DNA of 64,000 nucleotides from Chthoniobacterales bacterium (GCA_038207335.1 JBBQZX010000003.1:160001-224000), one strand, 5' to 3'. Counted from the first letter of the stretch, positions 1 through 9,868 are shown. Notes: generated by a model not told the origin, from the sequence alone. Program-made: numbers and translations.

Positions 1-14
1 CAGAAAAACCAGCC

Positions 15-422
15 ATGACCGAGCCTGAAACACCACTCACTGCACCAGCGCGCGGCGTAGAGCACGCGGGTGTCATCGACGCTCTCACGCACGATCCGGC
101 GACTGGCATCGTCACGCTGCTCATGGTGGAGTCGAGGCCATGGGACGGGTCCGAACTGCAGCTTTTTCAGCTCCAGGAAAAGCTGAACGCCTACCTTTCT
201 TTCGCGCTCGATGGCGAAATGGACGATGCCTACCCGGCGCTCGTCGGCAAGCCGCTGCTCATCCAACTCGACTGCGCGACCACGCCCGATGCGATGACGC
301 GCAGCCTGTTGAAAATGGTGCGCGACCAAATCGCATTCCAAGGCATCGATCTGCAAGTCCGCGCCGCTGCGTCTGGCTCGGAAAGCTGCGGCACTGGCTG
401 CGGCTGCGCAAAGCCAGAGTAA
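15..422 (+). CDS. Conserved hypothetical protein (DUF6572-like) with C-terminal CGTGCGC motif
   Basis: 135 aa ORF with typical codon usage; VIDAL..., RPWDGS and LQEKLNAYLSFALDG resemble the DUF6572 family as I recall it. Confidence 0.6.
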   Translation: MTEPETPLTAPARGVEHAGVIDALTHDPATGIVTLLMVESRPWDGSELQLFQLQEKLNAYLSFALDGEMDDAYPALVGKPLLIQLDCATTPDAMTRSLLKMVRDQIAFQGIDLQVRAAASGSESCGTGCGCAKPE

Positions 423-475
423 TTGGGATCGCCGATCCCGGCTACAGCGGACGGAATCGTTGATCCCGGCGACAA

Positions 476-1504
476 CTATTTTGCGTGCGACTGCTCGATG
501 TGCGCTTTCAGCAAATCGCCGCCGAAGTCGTGCTCGAGGTCGCGCCAGATGCTGTGGACATGGTTCGCGTCGTTTTGCGTGTTGTCGTATTCAAGGATGA
601 ACGTCTTTCCCTGCACGCGGTAGTAGTGCGGCTCGCCCCGCTCCAACCCGCCCGCCCACGCGAAGTCGATGTTCGCCAAGCCGCTCTTCTCGATTTTCGC
701 CCACTCGTTCGCTGCCACATCGGGCCGATGCCGGTCGAGATACAACTTGATCAGCGTCTCGAGCGTCGTCCTTTGCTCCGCCGTCAGCGCGCTTTGCGCC
801 ACACCTTCCGGGTGCGTCATGTCCGTCCGCTTTGGGTCGTTGATGATCTCTTTCGGCGTCTCGATTTGTAAAATCGCGGCTTTCTTTTGCTCAGCGTTCA
901 GCGACTTCACGAGCGCGCGTCCGAGGTCTTCTTCTTCGCCGAGAATGCGCGTCCCGGCACGCGGCCCCTCGCGGACTTCGCCTGGATTCGTGCCGAAAAA
1001 GGACGGCGTCATCGCGGGCAGAGCATCGTCAGCAGCCGTGAAATTCAGCGACAGATGATGCCCCTCCAACCGCCAGCCCCAAGGCTCCTTCGTCCCCGGT
1101 TCGCCGAAGATCGACACAAAATACATCTCCGGGTCGCGCACCGCGCCGCCGGTTTTCCCCTTCTCCATTTCCTTCAAAACGGCCTCCAAGCTCATGATCG
1201 ACATCGCCTTGCTGTAGCCTGTGTGGCTCAGTCCCGTCGCGAGCAGCGCCTCTGCCAGCAGCCGCTGCTCCGGCGTCATTTCCTTCAGCGGCAGGCCTTT
1301 CCGCGCCCGCGGGATGAAGTGCCAATTCGAACGCTCCTCGTTCGTCATTTCGAAGCACGCCTTCGCCTTCTGCTCGGGCGTCAGCGTCACGAGAAAATTA
1401 TGCGCCGCCTGCGCCATCTCCCAAGTCGCGTCATGAGCGAGTAGCGGTGATGCGGAGAGGGTAAAAGCGAGAGCGGCGGCGAGGAGGCGGGTCATGGTGG
1501 GCAT
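476..1504 (-). CDS. Secreted DUF3500 domain protein
   Basis: Signal peptide from ATG 1504; motifs WHFIPR, WGWRLEGHHLSLN, HYYRVQG, EYDNTQNDANHVHSIWRD. Confidence 0.85.
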   Translation of the reverse strand: MPTMTRLLAAALAFTLSASPLLAHDATWEMAQAAHNFLVTLTPEQKAKACFEMTNEERSNWHFIPRARKGLPLKEMTPEQRLLAEALLATGLSHTGYSKAMSIMSLEAVLKEMEKGKTGGAVRDPEMYFVSIFGEPGTKEPWGWRLEGHHLSLNFTAADDALPAMTPSFFGTNPGEVREGPRAGTRILGEEEDLGRALVKSLNAEQKKAAILQIETPKEIINDPKRTDMTHPEGVAQSALTAEQRTTLETLIKLYLDRHRPDVAANEWAKIEKSGLANIDFAWAGGLERGEPHYYRVQGKTFILEYDNTQNDANHVHSIWRDLEHDFGGDLLKAHIEQSHAK

Positions 1505-1617
1505 TGGGAGAGGCAGAGAAAAGCGCGAAACAGCGCGCGTCGGCAAGCTCCCAAATTGTCTGCTTCGTCAGTGCTCCAGACGCCCACCCGCGCCTGTGCC
1601 GCAGCGCGCGGAGGTTC

Positions 1618-1776
1618 TTAGCACAGCGCGCCGATGACGGGGCATCGCGGCACGAGCATTTCCCTCGCGAGCATCTCCACGCGTTGCGATTCCCACAACT
1701 CCCGAGCTTCCTTAAAGTCGATGGCGTGCTTGAGCTTGTTGCTCGCGCTTTTTGCGGGATCGAATTCAAACTCTAT
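1618..1776 (-). pseudogene. Truncated BrnT-family (DUF497) toxin remnant
   Basis: IEFEFDPAKSASNKLKHAIDFKEARELW...PRCPVIG matches the BrnT N-terminal half; ATA at the usual start position; stop before the C-terminal IRIISAR motif. Confidence 0.7.
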
Positions 1777-1827
1777 TCCATCGAGCTCTAGACCCGGCTT
1801 TCTCATCCGCTTCAATTCAAAACCTTC

Positions 1828-2112
1828 ATGCCCCAGCTCCAGACCAATACTGACTCCGGCGCGCTGACGCCCGTGTTCATCCAGTTCGTCATGATGCAGC
1901 AGCAGCAGGCGCTGCTCGCGATGGGACGGCATCCCTCGGCGTCTGCGGGGGCTGCGCCCAAAAACCTGACGCTCGCCAAAGTGTTCATCGAGCAGCTCGC
2001 CATGATTCGCGAGAAGACCTCCGGAAACCTTACCGCCAGCGAGACGCAAATCCTCGAAAGCGCGCTCGCCAGCCTGCAGGACGCATACGTCCAGGCGAGG
2101 AAAAGCGCGTAG
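1828..2112 (+). CDS. DUF1844 domain protein
   Basis: ALLAMG...NLTLAKVFIEQLAMIREKTSGNLT.SE..IL...L..LQ..YV pattern. Confidence 0.85.
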   Translation: MPQLQTNTDSGALTPVFIQFVMMQQQQALLAMGRHPSASAGAAPKNLTLAKVFIEQLAMIREKTSGNLTASETQILESALASLQDAYVQARKSA

Positions 2113-2175
2113 TCGGCCCGGCGCAAAACTCCGTTGCGGGAGCGAGCGGCGGCTGTAGTCTTCGCGCCCTTTTTT

Positions 2176-4914
2176 ATGAGCAACAAAGCGCCAGTGCCGG
2201 GTCAACGATGGGTCAGCGACAGCGAGCCAGAGCTCGGGCTCGGCATCGTGCTGAAGGCCGAGTTTGGGCGCGTCGAACTGCACTTCCCGGCGGCAAATGA
2301 GCAGCGGCAATACGCGCTGAAGACCGCGCCTCTGCGGCGCGTAGAATTCAAGGACGGCGACCGCATCAAGCTTCACTCCGGTGAGGATCTCGCGGTCGAT
2401 TCGGTGGAAGAGCGCGCCGGACTGTTTTTCTATCGCTGCGGGAAACGCGAAGTCGCCGAGGCGGAACTCTCAGACACCATCAGTTTCAGCAAGCCGGAGG
2501 AGCGTTTGCTCGCGGGGCAGGTGGATGATTTGAACACCTTCGACCTGCGCGTCGCCGCGCTACACCGGCGCAGCGAGATCGCGCAATCGCCCGTGCGCGG
2601 CTTCGTCGGCGGGCGCGTCGATCTGCTGACGCATCAGATGTTCATCGCCCGCGAAGTGGCTTCCCGCCTTGTTCCGCGCGTCCTGCTCGCCGACGAAGTC
2701 GGTCTTGGAAAGACCATCGAGGCCGGCCTTATCCTGACGCGGCTGCACCTCACCGGACGCGCCGGGCGCGTGCTCATTCTCGTGCCGGAGCCGCTCATTC
2801 ATCAGTGGTTTGTGGAGATGCTGCGGCGCTTCAACTTGCTCTTTAGTCTCTTCGACGAGGAGCGCTGCGCATCCATCGAGGCGGGCGACTCGGACGCCAA
2901 CCCCTTCCTCGACAGCCAGCTCGTCATTTGCAGCATCGCGTTCCTTTCCGAGAGCCGCGAACGCGCCTCGCAAGTCCTAGCAGCCGGTTGGGATTTGCTC
3001 GTGTGCGACGAGGCGCATCACCTCGAGTGGAGCGTGGAAAATGCGAGCCCGCAGTATCGTCTCGTCGAGGCGCTCGCAGCTCGCACGCCGGGTCTGCTTT
3101 TGCTCACGGCCACGCCGCAGCAGCTCGGGCCGGAGGGGCATTTTGCACGGCTCCGGCTGCTCGATCCAGAGCGCTACGGGAGCCTCGCGAGCTTCCTGGA
3201 GGAGTCGGAAAAATACGAGCAAGTCGCCGCCACGGTCGATCGCCTGCTGGCGGGGAAACCGCTTGGTAAGAAGGATCGCGAGCTTTTCACAAAAAACTCA
3301 GCGCGCGTCCGCAAGCTCGCGGACGAACTCGCCGCCGGCGACGAATCCGCCCGCGCGCGCCTCGTCGCTGGGCTCGTCGATGAGTTCGGCACCGGGCGCG
3401 TGATGTTCCGCAACACCCGCGCGGCGCTCGCCGGATTTCCGGAACGCAAAGCGCATCTCCTCCCGCTGGAAGTCGGGAAGACCGGCCTTCTCGATGCGAA
3501 AGTGAAGTGGCTCGTCGGCTTGCTCAAAGAACTGCGCGAGGAAAAAGTCCTCCTCATCTGTCGCACGCGGGAGATGGCGGAGGACATCTACGCTCGACTT
3601 CAGCGCGAGCTGAATGTGAAGACCGCGCTCTTCCACGAGGGCCTCACGCTCCTCCAGCGCGACCGCAACGCCGCGTTTTTTTCCGAGGTCGAGGGCGCGC
3701 GAATCCTCATCTGCTCGGAGATCGGCAGCGAGGGGCGCAACTTCCAGTTCGCTCATCACCTCGTCCTTTTCGACCTGCCGGAAGACCCCGAGTTGCTGGA
3801 GCAGCGCATCGGTCGCCTCGACCGCATCGGCCAGACCGCGCTCATTCAAATCCACGTTCCGTATTTTCCCGGCACCGAGTCCGAAGTCATGGCGCGTTGG
3901 TACCACGAGGGGCTCGGCGCTTTTGAAAAGAATCTGCACGGTGCCGCGGAGATCGTCGCGCAGCTCGCGCCGGACCTCGCCGCGCTGCTCGCGAAGCAAG
4001 ATGCGAAGCGACTCGCCGCGTTCATCGCCCGCTCCAACGAGCTCCGCGCAAGCATCGGCAAAAAGCTCGAGCGCGGACACGACCGACTGCTTGAGCTGAA
4101 CTCCTGCCGCCCTGAGCGCGCCGCCGGGATCATCGAGAAAATACGCGAACTCGACGCATCGCCCGCGCTCGAAAATTTCGCCACCGAGCTCTTCGACCAC
4201 TTCGGGGTGCAGGTGGATGAGCTCGGCAGCCGCACGATTCTCCTGAAGCCCGGCCACCTCATCACCGACGCCTTCCCTGCACTCCCGGAAGAGGGCATTT
4301 CCGTCACCCTCGACCGCCCGCGCGCGCTCAGCCGCGAGGACCTCGGCTTCCTGAGCTGGGATCACCCGATCCTCCGCGCCGCGCTCGATCTGCTGCTCGG
4401 GGGCGAAGCGGGCAACGCCGCATTCGGTGTCTGGAAGACGCCTGGAAAAGACGCAGTGCTGCTGGAAATCTACGCACTCGCGGAGTGCGTCGCGCCCGCT
4501 TCGCTGCACGTCGATCGGTTCCTCCCGGCGACGCCGCTGCGGATCGTGGTCGATCACGCACTCGCCGATCTTAGCGACGATGCCGAACTCGCCGGCGCGA
4601 CTTTGGAAAAGGGCAACGTCTTTCACCTGCTCGACAAAGGCCCCGTGAAGAAAAAAGTGCTCCCCGCCATGCTGGCAAAAGCGCAGGAACTGGCCGCGGT
4701 GAAAATGGCCGTGCTGGTGGAAGCCGCCGAATCCCGGATGCGAGTGCAGCTTCAAGACGAGATCGACCGCCTGGAAGCGCTTGCGGAAGTCAACGACCAC
4801 GTCCGCCCATCCGAAATCGCCGCCGCGAAAAAGCAAAAGTCCGACCTTCATGACGCGATCACGGCCGCCCGACTCCGGCTCGATGCTGTGCGGCTGATCC
4901 TCCGGATTCCGTAG
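2176..4914 (+). CDS. rapA: RNA polymerase-associated SNF2-type ATPase RapA
   Basis: N-terminal GQRWVSDSEPELGLG; LLADEVGLGKTIEAG, DEAHH, LLLTATP, SEIGSEGRNFQF, LEQRIGRLDRIGQ; C-terminal RLDAVRLI; ATG 2176. Confidence 0.95.
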   Translation: MSNKAPVPGQRWVSDSEPELGLGIVLKAEFGRVELHFPAANEQRQYALKTAPLRRVEFKDGDRIKLHSGEDLAVDSVEERAGLFFYRCGKREVAEAELSDTISFSKPEERLLAGQVDDLNTFDLRVAALHRRSEIAQSPVRGFVGGRVDLLTHQMFIAREVASRLVPRVLLADEVGLGKTIEAGLILTRLHLTGRAGRVLILVPEPLIHQWFVEMLRRFNLLFSLFDEERCASIEAGDSDANPFLDSQLVICSIAFLSESRERASQVLAAGWDLLVCDEAHHLEWSVENASPQYRLVEALAARTPGLLLLTATPQQLGPEGHFARLRLLDPERYGSLASFLEESEKYEQVAATVDRLLAGKPLGKKDRELFTKNSARVRKLADELAAGDESARARLVAGLVDEFGTGRVMFRNTRAALAGFPERKAHLLPLEVGKTGLLDAKVKWLVGLLKELREEKVLLICRTREMAEDIYARLQRELNVKTALFHEGLTLLQRDRNAAFFSEVEGARILICSEIGSEGRNFQFAHHLVLFDLPEDPELLEQRIGRLDRIGQTALIQIHVPYFPGTESEVMARWYHEGLGAFEKNLHGAAEIVAQLAPDLAALLAKQDAKRLAAFIARSNELRASIGKKLERGHDRLLELNSCRPERAAGIIEKIRELDASPALENFATELFDHFGVQVDELGSRTILLKPGHLITDAFPALPEEGISVTLDRPRALSREDLGFLSWDHPILRAALDLLLGGEAGNAAFGVWKTPGKDAVLLEIYALAECVAPASLHVDRFLPATPLRIVVDHALADLSDDAELAGATLEKGNVFHLLDKGPVKKKVLPAMLAKAQELAAVKMAVLVEAAESRMRVQLQDEIDRLEALAEVNDHVRPSEIAAAKKQKSDLHDAITAARLRLDAVRLILRIP

Positions 4915-4955
4915 CCCACGGAGCTTCAGTAATTCGCGGTTCAAACTTCCCGTCC

Positions 4956-6122
4956 ATGTCCGTAACCGCATCCCGTGATCTTCTCGAAAAGGTGCGTGCT
5001 GTCATCGATTCGGGCACATTTGTGAAGCTCACGCTCAGCCAACCGCGCGAGCGTGCCGGCGGCCTGCGCAATGTTTATGCCCGCCTCGTCGCTCTTCGCG
5101 ATGGGCACAAGCTCTCGCTTCTTTTCCGCCACGCCACGCGCGACGAGACGAAAAATTTCGATATCGCTGACGGCATCGTGCGGCTCACCGAGTTACTCGA
5201 GAGCGACTTCACGCGCGCCCATGTTTTCACCACCACCGGCGATTGGCAGTGGCGTGCGGATGGCTCGTTGCGGGCAAGTCGGCCGGCATTCACCGCTGCG
5301 CCAGAGCCCTCGCACGATCGGCAAAAATCACACCCCATCGCCGTCACCGCGCCTTTTCTCCAGAGCCTCGGAGTCACGAATTCCAGCGGCGAGACGCGCC
5401 CCGGCATGGCCGACAAGCTCAGGCAAATTCAACGTTTCACCGAGATCCTCGGCCACCTCGTGGATGCCTCGCCGCTGCGAGATCGCCGCGAGTTGCGCGT
5501 CCTCGATATGGGCGCGGGAAAGGGATACCTCACCTTCGCAACGCGCGAATTTTTTGCCGCGCGCGACGTGAGCGCAGAGATCATCGGCATCGAAACCCGC
5601 GCCGATCTCGTCGAAAAAACGAACCGCGCTGCGGACGAATGTGGCTTCACGAATCTTCGCTTCGAGCGCGGCACGATCGGTGAATGGCCCACTGACGTTC
5701 CTGCCGATTGCCTCATCGCACTCCATGCATGCGACACCGCGACCGACGACGCGCTGCACCACGGCATTCGCGCCGATGCGTCGCTCATTGTCACCGCTCC
5801 GTGTTGCCACCAGGAAATTCGGCAGCAACTCCAGCCGCCGACCGTCCTGCGCGAAGTCCTGCGACACGGCATCCTGTGCGAGCGCGAAGCCGAGATTTTG
5901 ACCGATGGAATTCGCGCGCTGCTGCTCGAAATCCACGGCTACAAAACCGACGTCTTCGAGTTCATCTCCACCGAGCACACCGGAAAAAATCTCATGATCG
6001 CCGCGACTAAGCGGGCGCAGCCGATCGACGCCGATCCTTTGCGCAAGCGGCTTCGCGAGTTGCTCGACTTCTACGGCATCCGCACGCAACACCTCGCGCG
6101 ACAGCTCGGCCTCGCGTCATGA
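4956..6122 (+). CDS. SAM-dependent methyltransferase (Methyltransf_32-like)
   Basis: DKLRQIQRF, VLDMGAGKGYLTF, IALHACDTATD, APCC, EHTGKNLMI. Confidence 0.85.
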   Translation: MSVTASRDLLEKVRAVIDSGTFVKLTLSQPRERAGGLRNVYARLVALRDGHKLSLLFRHATRDETKNFDIADGIVRLTELLESDFTRAHVFTTTGDWQWRADGSLRASRPAFTAAPEPSHDRQKSHPIAVTAPFLQSLGVTNSSGETRPGMADKLRQIQRFTEILGHLVDASPLRDRRELRVLDMGAGKGYLTFATREFFAARDVSAEIIGIETRADLVEKTNRAADECGFTNLRFERGTIGEWPTDVPADCLIALHACDTATDDALHHGIRADASLIVTAPCCHQEIRQQLQPPTVLREVLRHGILCEREAEILTDGIRALLLEIHGYKTDVFEFISTEHTGKNLMIAATKRAQPIDADPLRKRLRELLDFYGIRTQHLARQLGLAS

Positions 6123-7108
6123 CCCGCCACTTCACCGAAGCCGAATTCAAAGTCCTCCGCCGCCTCCGCGAGGGATTCCTCACCCGCACCGCCGGCCATT
6201 CTAACTACTGGCGCGACCCCGAAGACCTCGCGCTCTACGACACCACATTTGCCGAGCGCATAGGCTGGAAATGGGACGCCGTCCTGCGCGAACTCCAAAC
6301 TCGCGGCTGGCAGCCGCGCAGCCGCCGAATCGTCGATTGGGGCTGCGGCACCGGCATCGCGACCCGCCGCGTCCTTGCGCACTGGTCTCAGTTTTCCACC
6401 GTTTCATTCCACGATCGCGCCCCCGCCGCCGCGCGTTTCGCCGCCGACCGCGCGCGCGCCGATCACCCGCAAATCAAGACTGGCACAGGCGAAGTGGTCG
6501 ATGCCGACACGCTCCTCCTCCTCAGCCACGTCATCAACGAACTCCCGCCGCGCGAACTTTCCCGCCTCCTCCAGCTCGCGCGCAGTGCCGGCGAAATCCT
6601 CTGGGTCGAAGCAGGGGCGCGCGACGAAAGCCGCCGCCTCAGTGAAGTCCGCGACAGCCTCCTCCCGCACGGCTTCGCAGCCGTCGCCCCCTGCACGCAC
6701 CAAGCCGCCTGCGGGATGCTCGCTGCGAAAAATGAGCGGCACTGGTGCCACCATTTTGCCGCGCCGCCGAGCGAGGTTTTCCAAGATGCGCGCTGGCATC
6801 AATTCAGTGCCGAACTTGGCATCGACCTTCGCGCGCTGCCCTACAGCTTCCTCGTTCTCGAGCGCCCGCGCGACACCGCGCCGACCCCGCCCGGCTTCTC
6901 GCGAGTGATCGGCGAGCCCCGTGAATACAAAGGCTACGACAAAATCCTGAGCTGCCACGAGTCCGGCGTCGGCGAACTGATGCTGCAAAAACGAGATGAC
7001 CCCGCCCTCCTCCGCGAACTCCGGGAAGGCACGCCCGCTCCCGTCTATCGCTGGACCCTCCGCGACGGAAAGATCGTCGCCGCCGAGCCGCTTGCCATGG
7101 TGCGATGA
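6119..7108 (+). CDS. Rsm22/METTL17-like methyltransferase-fold protein
   Basis: VDWGCGTG SAM motif; SHVINEL, WVEAG, APCTHQAAC...WCHH, YSFLVL; ATGA overlap with upstream gene. Confidence 0.75.
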   Translation: MTRHFTEAEFKVLRRLREGFLTRTAGHSNYWRDPEDLALYDTTFAERIGWKWDAVLRELQTRGWQPRSRRIVDWGCGTGIATRRVLAHWSQFSTVSFHDRAPAAARFAADRARADHPQIKTGTGEVVDADTLLLLSHVINELPPRELSRLLQLARSAGEILWVEAGARDESRRLSEVRDSLLPHGFAAVAPCTHQAACGMLAAKNERHWCHHFAAPPSEVFQDARWHQFSAELGIDLRALPYSFLVLERPRDTAPTPPGFSRVIGEPREYKGYDKILSCHESGVGELMLQKRDDPALLRELREGTPAPVYRWTLRDGKIVAAEPLAMVR

Positions 7109-7153
7109 GGTTCTGATTTGCACGCTGGCTGCGCCGATCCTAGCGTGCGCACC

Positions 7154-7612
7154 ATGAATATTCCCACCTTCACGAAAACCTTCGCCGTCGCGCTGCTTGC
7201 GGTGCTACCTCTCTCCGTCATGGCTGAAACCTCCACCGACAAGGGCGCTACATATCTCGCTGAAAACGCGAAGAAAGAAGGCGTCAAAACGACCGCGAGC
7301 GGGCTTCAGTACAAGGTCTTGAAGGAAGGCGACGGCGCGAGTCCGAAGGCGACGGACAAGGTGACGGTGCATTACCGCGGCACGCTGCTGAACGGCACTG
7401 AATTCGACAGCTCCTACAAGCGCGGCGAGCCCGCGACCTTTCCGCTGAACCGCGTGATCCCCGGCTGGACCGAAGGCGTGCAGCTCATGAAAATCGGCTC
7501 GAAATATCAATTCGTGATCCCGTCCAAGCTCGCGTACGGCGAGAGCGGCGGAGGACCGATCGGTCCGAACGAGACGCTGATCTTCGAGGTCGAGCTGCTG
7601 AAGATCAATTAG
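7154..7612 (+). CDS. Secreted FKBP-type peptidyl-prolyl isomerase
   Basis: Signal peptide; [40 protein letters not shown]. Confidence 0.95.
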   Translation: MNIPTFTKTFAVALLAVLPLSVMAETSTDKGATYLAENAKKEGVKTTASGLQYKVLKEGDGASPKATDKVTVHYRGTLLNGTEFDSSYKRGEPATFPLNRVIPGWTEGVQLMKIGSKYQFVIPSKLAYGESGGGPIGPNETLIFEVELLKIN

Positions 7613-7705
7613 AGCGGAGCCGCAGTTCGCACCCGTCGGACGGCGCGTGTTTAGTCTCGGCATTGGGACTTTGTAAAAGCGCGCCCGCCGCTCAATAGTC
7701 CGCGA

Positions 7706-8740
7706 ATGGAAACGCTCCAATCGCTCGGCATGGCGCTCGGCCTAGCCTCGCTCGCCGGGCTGAATCTTTACCTCACGGTTTTCGTCACCGGACTCGCGAT
7801 CCAGCAGGGCTGGATCGATGTCGCCATCACGCATCCCGACCTCGTCATTCTCGGCCATCCGGTCGTGCTCATCGTCACGGGGGTCCTCTATCTGCTCGAG
7901 TTTTTCGCGGATAAAGTGCCGTGGGTCGATTCGCTCTGGGATGCCGTGCATACTGTCATTCGGCCCATCGGCGCGGCGCTCCTCGCCATCCGCGTGCTCG
8001 GAAATCCCGACCCTGTTTTCGATGTCGTTGTCGCGCTGCTCGGCGGCAGCGTGGCGCTCATGGTGCATGGAATGAAGGCCGGCACGCGCCTCGTCGTGAA
8101 TCACTCGCCCGAGCCCTTTTCCAACATCGGCCTCAGTCTCGCCGAAGACGCCGCGGTCATCGGCGGCCTCGCGCTCATCCGGCACGATCCGGTGCTCGCG
8201 CTCATCGTGTTTTCCATCCTGCTGCTGGCGATCTGCTACTTCGGCCCGATCCTCTACCGCGCAGCGAAAGTGCAGCTCTGGCTCGTCTGGAAAAAGATCG
8301 GCTCACCCGCGGGCGAACAGCCCGCCGCCGAACTGACCCCATCGCTGCCTGCCGAGTTCGACGTGATTTTCCACGGCGCAAACGTCGCGGGTGAAAAGAT
8401 CGCGTGGACTGCGCCGTGCGTCAGCGGCTCGGCGCGCGGGATTTCAGGGAATCTTTTCGGGCACCTCATCGCGACGGATGAGCAGCCTGCAAAGCTCTGG
8501 TTCGTGGCGCACCGCGGCTGGCGGAAATTTTCGATCCAGCTTGATCTCGCTGGCTACAAAGTGGCGCACGAGCCGAAATTCCTGAGCGAAAACCTCGTCC
8601 TCTACAGCCTCGAAAAGGCTCCGAAATACCTCTTCGTATTTAACCGCACAGAAGGCCCGCTCGTCTCCGCAGTCGCGACCTCCCTCCGCGACCGCATCGG
8701 CGTCCCCGCCCCCGAGCCGCTCCCGGAACCCGCCCTGTAG
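7706..8740 (+). CDS. DUF4126 membrane protein with extra C-terminal soluble domain
   Basis: LASLAGLNLY, EFFADKVPWVDSLWD, KAGTRL, SPEPFSNIGLSLAED. Confidence 0.85.
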   Translation: METLQSLGMALGLASLAGLNLYLTVFVTGLAIQQGWIDVAITHPDLVILGHPVVLIVTGVLYLLEFFADKVPWVDSLWDAVHTVIRPIGAALLAIRVLGNPDPVFDVVVALLGGSVALMVHGMKAGTRLVVNHSPEPFSNIGLSLAEDAAVIGGLALIRHDPVLALIVFSILLLAICYFGPILYRAAKVQLWLVWKKIGSPAGEQPAAELTPSLPAEFDVIFHGANVAGEKIAWTAPCVSGSARGISGNLFGHLIATDEQPAKLWFVAHRGWRKFSIQLDLAGYKVAHEPKFLSENLVLYSLEKAPKYLFVFNRTEGPLVSAVATSLRDRIGVPAPEPLPEPAL

Positions 8741-8777
8741 CCGGGATCGCCGCTCCCGGCAGGCGCGTGGCCGTGCC

Positions 8778-9470
8778 TCATTCCACGCCGAGCGCCGACG
8801 GCGACACCGTCCGGCACAGTTCGAGAAAATCGTCCCACCCCAACTCGATCCACCGGTCCGCGGCCTTCACATGCGCCAGCGTCGCCGCAGCCAGTTCGCT
8901 CGCCGCGCGCTCGATTTTTCGGCTGATCGTCGCCTCGCTGCAGTTGAAAATTTTCGCGAGCTCCGCCATTCGCAGCCCATCGCGATGCACGAGCTGTAGC
9001 ATCACGAAATCCTCCGGCGGGCACTCCCCGAACGCGGTCTGTACGGCCACTCGCAGAATTTCCAGCAGCGGCGGCTCCGCGCCTTTCTCGGGCGTATCCG
9101 CTGCCGGCTGAGCGCTCTCGTCGCTCAGCGCAGCGGCCCCGTCGGCCTCGACAATTTTGCTCCAACTTGCCGCCTTTCGGCGTCGCGAGATGAGGCGGTT
9201 GAAGACAACTGAGTTCAGCCATGTCAGCAGCGCCGCCGAGCCTTGATACCGCGACAGCGCAGCTGGTCTTCCCTGCTCGCCGACGAGGCAATCGGCCCAA
9301 AGCTGACCGACCAATTCCTCGGCCTCGGCAGCTTCCGCTCCGCGATGCACTAGATATGCCATCAGCGGATCCTCGAATCGTTTGCGAAATTCCGCGATGG
9401 CTCGCTCGTTCCCTTCGAGACAGCGCTGAGCGAGTTGAAAATCCGCTACGTGAGACAGGGGGGAATGCAC
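8778..9470 (-). CDS. ECF-type sigma-70 factor
   Basis: Region 2-like DFQLAQRCLEGNERA...YQGSAALLTWL..VVFNRLISRRRK; region 4 HTH ELAKIFNCSEATISRKIERA; GTG start, exact start uncertain. Confidence 0.85.
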   Translation of the reverse strand: MHSPLSHVADFQLAQRCLEGNERAIAEFRKRFEDPLMAYLVHRGAEAAEAEELVGQLWADCLVGEQGRPAALSRYQGSAALLTWLNSVVFNRLISRRRKAASWSKIVEADGAAALSDESAQPAADTPEKGAEPPLLEILRVAVQTAFGECPPEDFVMLQLVHRDGLRMAELAKIFNCSEATISRKIERAASELAAATLAHVKAADRWIELGWDDFLELCRTVSPSALGVE

Positions 9471-9608
9471 TCCCCGAAGAGTCGAGAATCCCGCAACGCA
9501 AGTTCAATGGAAAATCCTGACCCTGCCGTGATTTCAGGGATGTCTGCTGCGGGAGGAATTCAAGCCAAGCCGCCTCGTCAAGATCACGGCCCCTTGCCCC
9601 GCCAAAAA

Positions 9609-9713
9609 TCAGATGAGCGCCAACCCCCATTCCTACTCCCCCCAGCCACCACCACCCTTTGCCACTGCCACCGCCACTCCCACGTCCGCACACTCGCTTT
9701 GACGCTCATCTGA
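9609..9713 (-). ncRNA. Candidate structured RNA or 5' leader: 15-bp stem with a 75-nt G-rich loop
   Basis: Arms TCAGATGAGCGCCAA (9609-9623) and TTGACGCTCATCTGA (9699-9713); the single mismatch is a G-U pair on the minus strand; U-tract follows on the minus strand. Confidence 0.4.
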
Positions 9714-9748
9714 ATTTAAGGCCACCCCCGCAGCACTGTCCCCTCAAC

Positions 9749-9863
9749 TGTTAGGCGCGCGAGATTCCGCTTCTTGCAAAAAAAGTCGCGATTCATGGAT
9801 TTTTTTTGGTGGCCTCGAATGCGACAGTTTTTTTGCAAGAACACGAATCTCAGGCGTCTAACA
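9749..9863. promoter_or_regulatory. Long imperfect inverted repeat carrying two outward-facing ECF-like promoters
   Basis: Arms of about 46 bp (9749-9794 and 9817-9863); plus strand TGCAAG-N15-CGTCTA (9834-9860); minus strand TGCAAG-N15-CGCCTA (9778-9752). Confidence 0.6.
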
Positions 9864-9868
9864 AATAG

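Noticed and set aside
3298..4971. 557-aa minus-strand ORF
   Set aside because: Antisense shadow of rapA, expected from high-GC codon bias; no recognisable motifs
8602..9693. 363-aa minus-strand ORF overlapping the ECF gene
   Set aside because: Low-complexity alternative frame; the sigma motifs are in the 8778-9470 frame
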